Source of the DNA: an uncultured Gammaproteobacteria bacterium
GTDB lineage: Bacteria > Pseudomonadota > Gammaproteobacteria > CAWCPV01
Assembly: GCA_963797555.1 (NCBI GenBank)
Contig: CAWCPV010000003.1
Location: 128,001-192,000 of the forward strand
Reading direction: 5' to 3'
Length of the DNA stretch: 64,000 nt
The notes under the pieces are model-generated. The model was not told the origin of the DNA, ran no database searches, and saw only the letters and a program-made list of their open reading frames with translations. Below, one piece after another: positions 54,725 through 64,000 of this stretch. The position numbers and the translations under genes were made by a program. How positions within the stretch are numbered: the stretch's first letter is position 1; every line of letters starts with the position of its first letter.

Positions 54725-57559
54725 ATGCATACGAAGATGCCGAGGCTCGCGGCGATAGCCATCACCGTGGTCATTTCGATGGGAGCCAGGCCAGGCATGG
54801 CTCAGGAGAAGCCCGCCATCGGCGAGATCAGGGCGATCGCCGAGGAGGCATATCTCTATGGCTTCCCGATGATTGTCGGGTACGACGTCCTGTACAAGTA
54901 TTTCATCGACCGCGACTCGGGGCAGTTCAAGGCGCCGATCAATCAGATCCACAACGAGGCGCGCGTATTCACGCCCAAGGACACGGGGATCAGCACACCC
55001 AACAGCGACACGCCCTATTCGATGGCGCTGCTGGACCTGCGCCCCGAGCCCATGGTGCTGTGCATGCCCGAGATCGAGAAGGCGCGCTACTACGACGTGC
55101 AGCTCGTCGATCTCTATACCAACAACTACGGGTACATGGGCAGCCGCACCACCGGCAACGGTGCCGGCTGCTACCTGGTCTCCGGTCCCGACTGGCAAGG
55201 GGAAGCGCCGAAGGGCATCTCCAAGTCCTTCCGCAGCGAGACCCAGTTCAGCCTGGTGATCTACCGTACCCAGCTCTTCGACCCGGCCGACATGGACAAC
55301 GTCAGGAAGGTCCAGGCCGGCTACAAGATCGAGCCCCTGTCGGCCTTCCTGGGCCAGCCCGCGCTCCCCGCCGCGCCGGCCATCGATTGGCCGAAGTTCG
55401 AGCAGTCGGCCTTCACCACCCGCTTCCCCGAGTATCTGGACTTTCTGCTGCAGTTCTGTCCGCCCGTCGGCACCGCCAAGGTGGAGAAGCCGCTGCGGGA
55501 GCGATTCGCCAAGATCGGCATCGGCCCGGGCGAGAAGGCCCCGCACAAGGCGCTGCCGCCCGAGGTGAAGGCGGCGCTCGGGGCGGGGGTGAAGGCGGCG
55601 TTCGCGAGGATCGGGAAGACGGCCGAGAGCGTCGGCACCAACGTCAACGGCTGGCACATCGGCGCCGCCGCGGGGAGCCGCGATTTCTACAAGGGCGACT
55701 GGGCGCTGCGTGCCGCCGCCGCGAAGCTCGGGATCTACGGCAACAGCGAGGCCGAGGCCGTCTATCCCTTCACCCGTCATGATGCGAACGGCATCGTGCT
55801 CGACGGAGCCAAGCACACCTACCAGATGACCTTCCCAGCCGGACAGCTCCCCCCGGTGAACGCCTTCTGGTCGATCACCATGTACGACGGACGCACCCAG
55901 CTTCTCGTCGAGAACCCGATCCACCGCTATCTCATCAACTCGCCCATGCGGCCGGAGCTGAAAAAGAACGCCGACGGCTCGCTCACCGTTTACATCCAGA
56001 AAGACTCGCCCGGCAAGGACAAGGAATCCAACTGGCTGCCGGCGCCGGACGGCCCGATGTTCATCGTCATGCGCCTCTACTGGCCGAAGACGGAGCCGCC
56101 CTCGGTCTACCCGCTCGGCAAGGGGACCTGGAAACCGCCCGCCCTGGTGCCGGTGCGCAACCTCAATGCCCTGGACGTGAAGCGCTTCGGTGACAAGTCG
56201 CTCGAGAACTTCATCCGCACCGATACGCGCTATGGCCACGACGGCCTGTTCCAGGGCCCGCGCGGCTGGGGCTACTGGAACTATCTCGAGTATCCGAGGC
56301 CGATCCAGAACCCCAACCTCTGGCCGGACATGCAGTCGACCTACTTCATCGGCGCCCTAGCGCTGCCGGCCGGGAGCACTCTGACGTTCAACTATACCTA
56401 TCCGCGCGCCCGCTACCTCCAGTTCGCGCTCTACAAAGCCGAGCATGGCACCTTCGTTTCCGTCGGCGAGGCGTTGGAGGGGCCGGACTTCGAGCCGGAC
56501 CCGGGCTCGACCAACCCCTTCCGGGTCGGCGCCGACCGGCTCACCGACAAGCGCAACTTCACGCTCCGCATCGTGGCCCAGAACGCGCCGGCGGACCCGA
56601 AACGCCGCGAGCCAAACACGCTCTACGCGGGGAGCGACGGCGGCGAGCTGATGTTCGTCAACCGCGAGTACCTCTCCGACCAGGGCAGCGACGGCGCCGG
56701 CTGGGGCCCGGCGTCCTCGCCGTCCGAGGGGCCGGGACTGCCGACCTACACGGGCACGCTCGCCGACGGGACGAAGCTCTCGGCGGAGGAAGTGGTCACG
56801 CGGTTCGGCCGGCCCATGCCGGCGCCCAAACCGCCCGTCACCGCCGAGCAGTGGGAAATGATCGTGCACGCGAAGGACAACGATCCCACGCTCGACCCTG
56901 CCACGACGCCCGCGCGCAAGGATCCCAAGTGGGAGAAGTATTGGAACATCAAGTATTCCATCCTCGGCGCGTTCAAGACGCCGGAGGAACGCGCGAAGAT
57001 TCCGTACGCTACAGCCATGGATGGCGGCGGCGATCCGGAGACGCAGTACATGCGCCTCTTTCTCTCGCGCAAGTTCGGCCCCGTGTACGTCATGCACGGC
57101 AAGATGCCGACCTTCCCCAACACCTACGCCGGCACGGGCGGCAAGGGCCTGGAGATCATGCCCGCGGCCCAGACTCAGTACTGGTCATTGGTGAGCTGCG
57201 AGGCCATGCCCTCCGGGCAGATCGTCGATGCGCTCAACGACATGCAGGTGCCGCTCGACAAGGACGGCAACTACACGATCGTGTACACCCGCAAGGAGGA
57301 CCGGCCGAAGAACGCGACCGACGAGAACGGCATCGCCTGGATCGAGTGGTCGCCGCGCGGCGAAGGCATTGACGGTCCTAAGAACCGACCCGACTTCGGC
57401 ATGCTCATCCTCCGCATCATGGCCAACAACCCAACGTGGAAGGAACGCCCCGACAACGTGATCAAGCCCGGCATGGAGGAGGCCGTCATGGGTCCCTATT
57501 ACCCGCGCGGCTACTACACCACCAAGGCGGAATTCGAGGCGGAAGGGCCACAAATGTAG
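54725..57559 (+). CDS. Exported DUF1254/DUF1214 protein with long C-terminal extension
   Basis: AEEAYLYGFP, TPNSDTPYS, LDLRPEP, PPVNAFWSITMY, SNWLPAP and MRLYWP motifs, followed by ~460 further aa. Confidence 0.85.
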   Translation: MHTKMPRLAAIAITVVISMGARPGMAQEKPAIGEIRAIAEEAYLYGFPMIVGYDVLYKYFIDRDSGQFKAPINQIHNEARVFTPKDTGISTPNSDTPYSMALLDLRPEPMVLCMPEIEKARYYDVQLVDLYTNNYGYMGSRTTGNGAGCYLVSGPDWQGEAPKGISKSFRSETQFSLVIYRTQLFDPADMDNVRKVQAGYKIEPLSAFLGQPALPAAPAIDWPKFEQSAFTTRFPEYLDFLLQFCPPVGTAKVEKPLRERFAKIGIGPGEKAPHKALPPEVKAALGAGVKAAFARIGKTAESVGTNVNGWHIGAAAGSRDFYKGDWALRAAAAKLGIYGNSEAEAVYPFTRHDANGIVLDGAKHTYQMTFPAGQLPPVNAFWSITMYDGRTQLLVENPIHRYLINSPMRPELKKNADGSLTVYIQKDSPGKDKESNWLPAPDGPMFIVMRLYWPKTEPPSVYPLGKGTWKPPALVPVRNLNALDVKRFGDKSLENFIRTDTRYGHDGLFQGPRGWGYWNYLEYPRPIQNPNLWPDMQSTYFIGALALPAGSTLTFNYTYPRARYLQFALYKAEHGTFVSVGEALEGPDFEPDPGSTNPFRVGADRLTDKRNFTLRIVAQNAPADPKRREPNTLYAGSDGGELMFVNREYLSDQGSDGAGWGPASSPSEGPGLPTYTGTLADGTKLSAEEVVTRFGRPMPAPKPPVTAEQWEMIVHAKDNDPTLDPATTPARKDPKWEKYWNIKYSILGAFKTPEERAKIPYATAMDGGGDPETQYMRLFLSRKFGPVYVMHGKMPTFPNTYAGTGGKGLEIMPAAQTQYWSLVSCEAMPSGQIVDALNDMQVPLDKDGNYTIVYTRKEDRPKNATDENGIAWIEWSPRGEGIDGPKNRPDFGMLILRIMANNPTWKERPDNVIKPGMEEAVMGPYYPRGYYTTKAEFEAEGPQM

Positions 57560-57561
57560 CT

Positions 57562-57630
57562 GTAGGATGCGGTGAGGAACGAACCGCATCGGTCGCGAAA
57601 GATGCGGTTCGCTGCGCTCACCACCTCCTA
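57562..57630. repeat. Inverted pair of GTAG-type REP-like sequences
   Basis: GTAGGATGCGGTGAGGAACGAACCGCATC...GATGCGGTTCGCTGCGCTCACCACCTCCTAC. Confidence 0.75.
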
Positions 57631-57737
57631 CCGCTCTACACAACAAAGGCGGAGCCCGGGGCGATCGGCCGGATCCCGAGGGCGCACCAGCCGTTCAACG
57701 CCAACAACTTTCTTGCGAGCACGAGAGGAGTAAGGAC

Positions 57738-59363
57738 ATGAAAAAATCCACAGTCATTACGGCGGTGGCGGGGGCGGTGGTCTTCATCGCACTGATCGTT
57801 GCGTATCGCCTGCTCGGGCCGCTCATCGGGGCCAAGGTCGAGGAGCAGGTTGCCAAGATCGGCCTGACGCCGAACCAGGTTGCCGCACACGGCCCGCTAC
57901 CGGGTGATGTGAGCCTCTACGCGAAGGAGCTGGCCTGCCAGCGGAAGATCCCGACGCCAGGCTACTACTCCTCGATCAACGGCGCCGAGCTCGCTGACGG
58001 GGAACGCAGTGGCGTCTATCCGTGTGCAACCTTCACGGGCTCGTTCGACGGCCCCAATCAAGTCTATGCCTGGCGCAGCCAGGACGACTTTCATGGGACA
58101 TCGTTCATCAACAACCGCGCGCCTGGGGAGCTTTACCTAACGGGGGGCGATCTGCCCCCGATCAGCGGCCCCGTCCCGCCCGGGCCCTACGTCGCCAAGG
58201 CCGACGCGACAAGCGGCAAGGAGATCTGGCGCACGTATCTCGACAATGCCAACGCTTCCGGCCATTGGATCGCCGTGCTGAACCTCAACATCCTTCCCAA
58301 CGGCAACGTCGTCGTCGCCTGGGCCAACCGGGTCGCGCTGCTGAACGGCGATACAGGAGTGATCCTGGCGGCCAATACCCTGCCGACGGGTGATGCGCCC
58401 ATCGCGAACACGAGCTTCAAGCACGTGACCGTTGCGCCAGACGGCACGATCTTCCTGAAAGATCAGACGCGGCCCATCGGTGAGACCGGACAGGGAAGCT
58501 TCGCGATGATCAGGGGTCTGCAAAATGGATTGAAGCAACCCAGCTCGATCATCGTTGCTGTCGACCCCAATACGCTTCAAGTACTCGACAGTATCGAGAT
58601 GCCGGAGCCGTCGAGCGTGCCGCACAGCATCACGATGTTCGAGGGCAAGATCGCAATCTATCCGGTCGCCCACGTCCACGCATTCCGCTACTTCTGGGAT
58701 CCGACGACCAAGAAGCTGTCACAGGACAAGTCATGGGTCGTCTCCTACCTGCGTCCCGGCCAAAGCGACGGCACCGCGCCGAGCATCATGGGTGACTGGA
58801 TCGTGATCCAGAACAACGGCGCAGGCAGCAAGGTCACGGCATCCAGTGTCGTCGCGATCAACCAGAAGGATCCCACAAGGATCACGACAGTCCTGCCATT
58901 CGGCCCCCTCAAGAAAGGTGAATGGAGCTTCGCGCCGCCCAAGAATGGCAGCGACGCGGAGAATAATATGGTCTATTCGCAAGACATGGGGACCGGCAAG
59001 GTCGCCGGCATCAAGCTGGATCCGGTGACCGGCCAGATGAAGACCGTGTTTGTCGTGAACGACAAGACCACCTGCCTCGTTGCGCTCATCGGACCGAAGG
59101 ACAAGCGCGTGATGCTGACCTCGAACATGCACCATGATCTTCCCCTCGAACCAGACATGCTGGCGCTGGGGACAGGCTCGTATAAGGAGCAGGTCCGGTG
59201 GCGCGATGCCGCGACCGGACGACTCATCGCCGAGTCGGACCTGTTCGAGCCAATGGCAGTCAACTCCCTTGTCACGCCCGGCTTCGGCGGCCGGGTCTAC
59301 TTTCCGACCGTGAAGGGCTTCTACGTGCTGCAGGCGCTGCCGAAGCCCGCAGCAGGCAAGTAG
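57738..59363 (+). CDS. Membrane-anchored hypothetical protein, paralog 1 (probably beta-propeller-like)
   Basis: N-terminal TM helix; repeats such as DATSGKEIW, DTGVIL, DAATGRLIA. Confidence 0.8.
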   Translation: MKKSTVITAVAGAVVFIALIVAYRLLGPLIGAKVEEQVAKIGLTPNQVAAHGPLPGDVSLYAKELACQRKIPTPGYYSSINGAELADGERSGVYPCATFTGSFDGPNQVYAWRSQDDFHGTSFINNRAPGELYLTGGDLPPISGPVPPGPYVAKADATSGKEIWRTYLDNANASGHWIAVLNLNILPNGNVVVAWANRVALLNGDTGVILAANTLPTGDAPIANTSFKHVTVAPDGTIFLKDQTRPIGETGQGSFAMIRGLQNGLKQPSSIIVAVDPNTLQVLDSIEMPEPSSVPHSITMFEGKIAIYPVAHVHAFRYFWDPTTKKLSQDKSWVVSYLRPGQSDGTAPSIMGDWIVIQNNGAGSKVTASSVVAINQKDPTRITTVLPFGPLKKGEWSFAPPKNGSDAENNMVYSQDMGTGKVAGIKLDPVTGQMKTVFVVNDKTTCLVALIGPKDKRVMLTSNMHHDLPLEPDMLALGTGSYKEQVRWRDAATGRLIAESDLFEPMAVNSLVTPGFGGRVYFPTVKGFYVLQALPKPAAGK

Positions 59364-59396
59364 CCGCGCGATCAAGGCAACGCATGGAGGAATGAC

Positions 59397-61031
59397 ATGA
59401 AGAAATCGTCGGTCTTCGCGTGGATAGGGCTTGCTCTCGTCGTCGTGCTGGCGGTCATCGTCTACCGCCTCGGCGGCACCTTGATCGGTGGAAAGGTCGA
59501 GCAGCACGTCGCGAAGATCGGCCTGACGCCGAACCAGGTCGCCGCCCACGGCCCGCTGCCCGGCGAGGTGAGCCTCTACGCGACGGAGCTCGCCTGCCAG
59601 CACAAGATCCCGACGCCGGGCTACTACTCGTCGCTGAACGGCGCGGAAATCTCCGACAGCGAGCGGAGCGGCGTGTTCCCCTGTGCCACGTTCCTCGGCT
59701 CGATGGACGGCCCCAACCAGGTGTACGCCTGGCGGAGCCGCGACGACTACCAGGGCATCTCGTACATCAACAACCGCAAGCCGGGCGAGCTCTACATCGT
59801 CGGCGGCGAGTACCCGACCCTGGACGATCCCGTTCCCGCGGGGCCGTATATCGCCAAGGCGGACGCGACCACCGGCAGGCAGATCTGGCGCACCTACCTC
59901 GACAACGCGAACGCATCGGGCTGGCTGATTGGTAACACCAACCTCAACATCCTCGACAACGGCAACCTCGCGCTCGCCTGGTCGAACCAGATCGTGCTCA
60001 TAGACGGCGACACGGGCCTCATCCTGAAGCACAACACGCTGCCCGGCGGCGAGGCGCCCACCTACACGGTGAACTTCAAGCACCTCACGATCGCGCCCGA
60101 CCGGACCTTGATCCTCAAGGACCAGACGCGTCCGGTCGGCTGCACGGAGCAGGGCACGATCGGCATCATCAAGTGCATCGAAAAGGGCTTGCAGCAGCCG
60201 AACTCGGTACTGGTGGCGGTCAACCCCGATACGCTCGAGGTGCTGGATATGTTCCAACTGCCCGAGCCGGCATCGTCGCCGCACGTCGTTGCGATGTACC
60301 AGGGGCGGATCGCGATCTACGTCGGCATGAACGAGAGCGCCCGACGCTACTTCTGGGATCCGGCGACGAAGAAGCTGTCGGCCGACGAGTCGTGGGTGAT
60401 CTACCCGATGCAGAAGGGCCAGACCACCGCCACCGCGCCGACGATGATGGGCGACTGGGTCGCGTTCCAGCTCAACGGCGCCGGCAGCAGCGTCAAGGCG
60501 TCGAGCATCCTCGTCGCCGACACGCGCGACGCCAAGCGCATGAAGGTGGTGTTCCCCTTCGGCGAGCTCAAGCCCGGCGAGTGGAGCTTCGCGCCGCCGA
60601 AGTGCGGCGGCGATCCGGAGAACCACATGATCTACTCGGCCGACATGGGCGTCGGCAAGGTGGCCGGCATCAGGCTCGACCCGGACAGCGGCGAGCTGAA
60701 GACGATGTTCGTGGTCGACGACGCGACCACCACCTTCCAGCCGCTGATCGGCCCGAAGGACAAGCGCGTGCTGCTGCTGACGAACATGAAGCAGAACGTC
60801 GAGAAGGAACCGAGCAGGCTGGCGCTGTTCACCGGGAACTACAAGGAACAGCTCACCTGGCGCGACGCCGCCACCGGCAAGATCATCGCCGAATCCGACT
60901 TCTTCGAGGCGCTCACCATCAATTCGCTCACCCCGCCGGGCTTCGGCGGCCGGATCTACTTCCCGTCCGCGACAGGCAAGGGCTTCTACGTATTGCAGGT
61001 TCTCCCGAAGCCTGCTGCGGCCGGCAAGTAG
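59397..61031 (+). CDS. Membrane-anchored hypothetical protein, paralog 2
   Basis: Colinear with paralog 1 from MKKS to PKPAAAGK. Confidence 0.8.
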   Translation: MKKSSVFAWIGLALVVVLAVIVYRLGGTLIGGKVEQHVAKIGLTPNQVAAHGPLPGEVSLYATELACQHKIPTPGYYSSLNGAEISDSERSGVFPCATFLGSMDGPNQVYAWRSRDDYQGISYINNRKPGELYIVGGEYPTLDDPVPAGPYIAKADATTGRQIWRTYLDNANASGWLIGNTNLNILDNGNLALAWSNQIVLIDGDTGLILKHNTLPGGEAPTYTVNFKHLTIAPDRTLILKDQTRPVGCTEQGTIGIIKCIEKGLQQPNSVLVAVNPDTLEVLDMFQLPEPASSPHVVAMYQGRIAIYVGMNESARRYFWDPATKKLSADESWVIYPMQKGQTTATAPTMMGDWVAFQLNGAGSSVKASSILVADTRDAKRMKVVFPFGELKPGEWSFAPPKCGGDPENHMIYSADMGVGKVAGIRLDPDSGELKTMFVVDDATTTFQPLIGPKDKRVLLLTNMKQNVEKEPSRLALFTGNYKEQLTWRDAATGKIIAESDFFEALTINSLTPPGFGGRIYFPSATGKGFYVLQVLPKPAAAGK

Positions 61032-61064
61032 TCGCGCGATCCACTGAACCGAACAGGGAGTGAC

Positions 61065-62704
61065 ATGAAGAAATCCTCGATTCTCAAATGGGTAGGGTTG
61101 GCAATCGTCGTCGTGATCGCGATCGTCGTCTACCGCCTGCTGGGCGGGGTCATCGGCGCGAAGGTCGAGCAGCAGGTCGCCAAGGTCGGCCTGACCCCGA
61201 ACCAGGTCGCCGCCCACGGCCCGCTGCCCGGCGAGGTCGGTCTCTACGCGAAGGAGCTCGCCTGCCAGCAGAAGATCCCCACGCCGGGCTACTACTCCTC
61301 GCTCAACGGCGCGGAGATCTCCGACAGCCGAGCGCAGCGGGCTCTTCCCCTGCGCAACCTTCACCGGATCGATGGACGGCCCCAACAAGGTGCTACGCCT
61401 GGCGTAGCGCCGACGACTATCCGGGCATCTCCTACATGAACAACCGCAAGCCGGGCGAGCTCTACATCGTCGGCGGCGAGTATCCGACGCTCGAGGACCC
61501 GAACATGGTCGGGCCGTTCGTCGCCAAGGCCGACGCGACCACCGGCAAGCAGATCTGGCGCACTTACATCGACAACCTGAACGCCTCGGGCCACTGGATC
61601 GGCAACGCCAACCTCAACATCCTCGACAATGGCAACATCGCCTTCGCCTGGTCGAACCAGATCGTGCTCATCGACGGCGACACGGGCCTGATCCTGAAGC
61701 ACAACACCTTGCCTACCGGCGAAGCGCCCGCCGCCGACGTGAACTTCAAGCACCTCACGATCGCGCCGGACCGCACGCTCATCCTCAAGGACCAGACGCG
61801 GCCGACCGGCTGCAACCTGCAGGGCACGATGGCGATCGTCGTGTGCGCCGAAAAGGGCATGCCGCAGCCGAACTCGGTGCTGGTCGCGGTGAATCCCGAC
61901 ACGCTGGAGATCCTCGACCAGCTTGCGTTGCCCGAACCGTCGACCGTCCCGCACGCCATCACCATGTTCGAGGGCAAGATTGCCATCTACATCGGCATGA
62001 ACGAGAGCGCGCGGCGCGCTTTCTGGGACCCGGCGACGAAGAAGCTGTCGATGGACGAAACCTGGGTCCTTCACCCGATGCAGAAAGGCCAGACCAGCGC
62101 CACCGCGCCGAGCATCATCGGCGACTGGGTCGGCTTCCAGCTCAACGGCATCGGCAGCGAGACGATCTCGTCCAGCATCGTGGTCGCGAGCCAGAAGGAC
62201 GCGACGAAGATGAAGATCGTCTTCCCGTTCGGCGAGATCAAGAAGGGCGAATGGAGCTTCGCGCCGCCGAAGGCCGGTGCCGACCCCGAGAACAGCATGA
62301 TCTACTCGGCCGACGCGGGCCTGGGCAAAGTGGCCGGCATCAAGATCGACCAGGCCACCGGGGATCTCAAGGTGATGTTCGTGCTCGACGACGCCAGCAC
62401 CACCTTCCAGCCGCTGATCGGGCCGCCGGACAAGCGCGTGCTGCTGTTGACCAACATGAAGCAGAACGTCGAGAAGGAGCCGGCCAAGGCGGCGCTGTTC
62501 ACCGCCAACTACAAGGAGCAGCTCACCTGGCGCGACGCCGCTACAGGCAAGATCATCGCCCAGTCGGACTTCTTCGAGCCGCTGTCGATCAACGGCCTGA
62601 CGCCGCCGGGCTTCGGCGGCCGGATCTACTTCCCGACCGCGGTCGGCAAGGGCTTCTACGTGCTGCAGGTCCTGCCGAAGCCTTCGGCGGCGCCGGGCAA
62701 GTAG
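61065..62704 (+). CDS. Membrane-anchored hypothetical protein, paralog 3 (two single-base insertions near 61329 and 61393)
   Basis: ORFs 61065-61439 and 61088-62704 together are colinear with paralog 2. Confidence 0.78.
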
Positions 62705-62745
62705 CCGGGCGAACGATTCGCAGGAACATGGAAAGGCGCACCACC

Positions 62746-62883
62746 GAGTCCGACTTCTTCGATCCGATGACCTTCGGCTCGCTGCTCACACCGGGTTACG
62801 GCAACCGTGTGCACTTCTCGACCGGCAAGGGGTTCATCGTGCTGCAGATCAGGCCGAACCCTTCGTCGTTGTCAAGCAAGTAG
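62746..62883 (+). pseudogene. C-terminal remnant of a fourth paralog
   Basis: ESDFFDPMTFGSLLTPGYGNRVHFSTGKGFIVLQ matches the paralog C-termini. Confidence 0.75.
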
Positions 62884-63080
62884 CGGAACGGCCCCGACTC
62901 AAGGCGAACTCACCACGTGTCACCCATGAGGATCGATCGTGCTCGACTCGCCGGAGGGGCGAGCGACTCGTCAAGAGGCCAACGCGCGCCGGTACACGGG
63001 CGCCTGGCGCCGTGATGCGTCGAGCGCAAAACCGCGCCAAACGTCGGCGAAGTCGGAATGTATGCATACGCGAGCGAGAA

Positions 63081-64000
63081 ATGCTGATCGTGGGTGGGGG
63101 CACTAGATCGGCCTTGGCCTGCGCCCGCCGACTGCTCATCGGATTGGCCTTGGTGCTCGGCTCAGCGAGCGCTGCCGCGCAGGATCTCGAGCCAAGGCAA
63201 TACTCGAACACACCGATCGGCCTCAACTTCCTGCTCGGGGGTTACACCTACACGGAAGGCGGCGTGGCCGTCGATCCGACGGTGCCCCTGACGAACGCTC
63301 ACGTCGAGGTGAACGGCGCGACGCTCGCCTACGCGCGCTCGCTGGACATATTGGGCAAGTCCGCCAAATTCAACGTCGTGCTGCCCTATGCCTGGCTCTC
63401 GGGCAGCGCGGAGTTTGCCGGTCAACCTCACCAACGCGAGATTTCGGGGCTGGCTGACCCGAGATTTCACTTTTCCGTCAATTTCTATGGCGCCCCGGCA
63501 CTTTCGCTGAAAGACTACGCGGAATATCGACAGGACCTCATCCTCGGCGCGAGCGTGTACGTGTGGGCTCCGTGGGGCCAATATGACCCCAGCAAGCTCG
63601 TCAACCTCGGCACCAACCGCTGGGCGTTCAAGTCAGATCTCGGGCTGTCCAAGGCATTAGGCGCATGGAGGCTGGAGCTTGTCCCGGCCGCCACCTTTTT
63701 CTCCGACAACACGAATTTCCTCGATGGCCACACCCGCACGCAGGATCCGATCTACTCGGTGCAGGGCCACGTCATTTACGGCTTCCGATCCGGCGTGTGG
63801 GTCGCGCTCGACGGCACCTATTTTATGGGCGGACGCACGAGCGTCGATGGCGTACTCGATGACGACCGGGAGTCGAATTCGCGGGGTGGCCTGACTGTCG
63901 CCCTGCCGGTAGACCGCAGCAACTCGATCAAGCTTTACGCCAGCACTGGCGTATCGACGCGTACCGGCAGCAACTTCAATACCTTCGGCATCGCCTGGCA
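63081..64000 (+). CDS. Outer-membrane transporter (MetA-pathway/phenol-degradation family); runs off the window end
   Basis: Manual translation: signal peptide, AQDLEPRQYSNTPIGLNFL...GLADP...GQYDPSKLVNLGTNRW; start codon uncertain. Confidence 0.8.
   Translation, partial: MLIVGGGTRSALACARRLLIGLALVLGSASAAAQDLEPRQYSNTPIGLNFLLGGYTYTEGGVAVDPTVPLTNAHVEVNGATLAYARSLDILGKSAKFNVVLPYAWLSGSAEFAGQPHQREISGLADPRFHFSVNFYGAPALSLKDYAEYRQDLILGASVYVWAPWGQYDPSKLVNLGTNRWAFKSDLGLSKALGAWRLELVPAATFFSDNTNFLDGHTRTQDPIYSVQGHVIYGFRSGVWVALDGTYFMGGRTSVDGVLDDDRESNSRGGLTVALPVDRSNSIKLYASTGVSTRTGSNFNTFGIAW

Noticed and set aside
57738-62704. DGR-type variable repeats among the paralogs
   Set aside because: Differences involve all bases and span whole genes, which fits ordinary duplication and divergence.

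Overview
GC-rich (~65%) bacterial accessory region, probably proteobacterial, that looks like a defence and mobile-element island. It holds about eight toxin-antitoxin loci or remnants, a SWIM-SNF2 helicase, a RelE-like/UvrD helicase fusion, a TIGR04255 three-gene cassette, a Type III mod gene with a deleted res, and a Type IIG RM gene. It also carries IS elements or remnants (ISL3, IS110, IS1182, IS91), a group II intron 3' remnant, pqiAABC, an MscS channel and a tandem array of three paralogous membrane-anchored proteins. The most striking signal is inside the Type III methyltransferase gene (11309-14813, minus strand). Five sites there are built from imperfect inverted repeats of a 7-nt unit (AGTGGYC/GRCCACT), and all five keep the reading frame open. 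The largest pair of arms encloses a complete four-helix-bundle (23S-IVS protein/Avd-like) gene in another frame of the same strand. Many single-base frameshifts probably include assembly errors, so pseudogene calls are provisional. All family assignments come from motif recognition, not from database searches.
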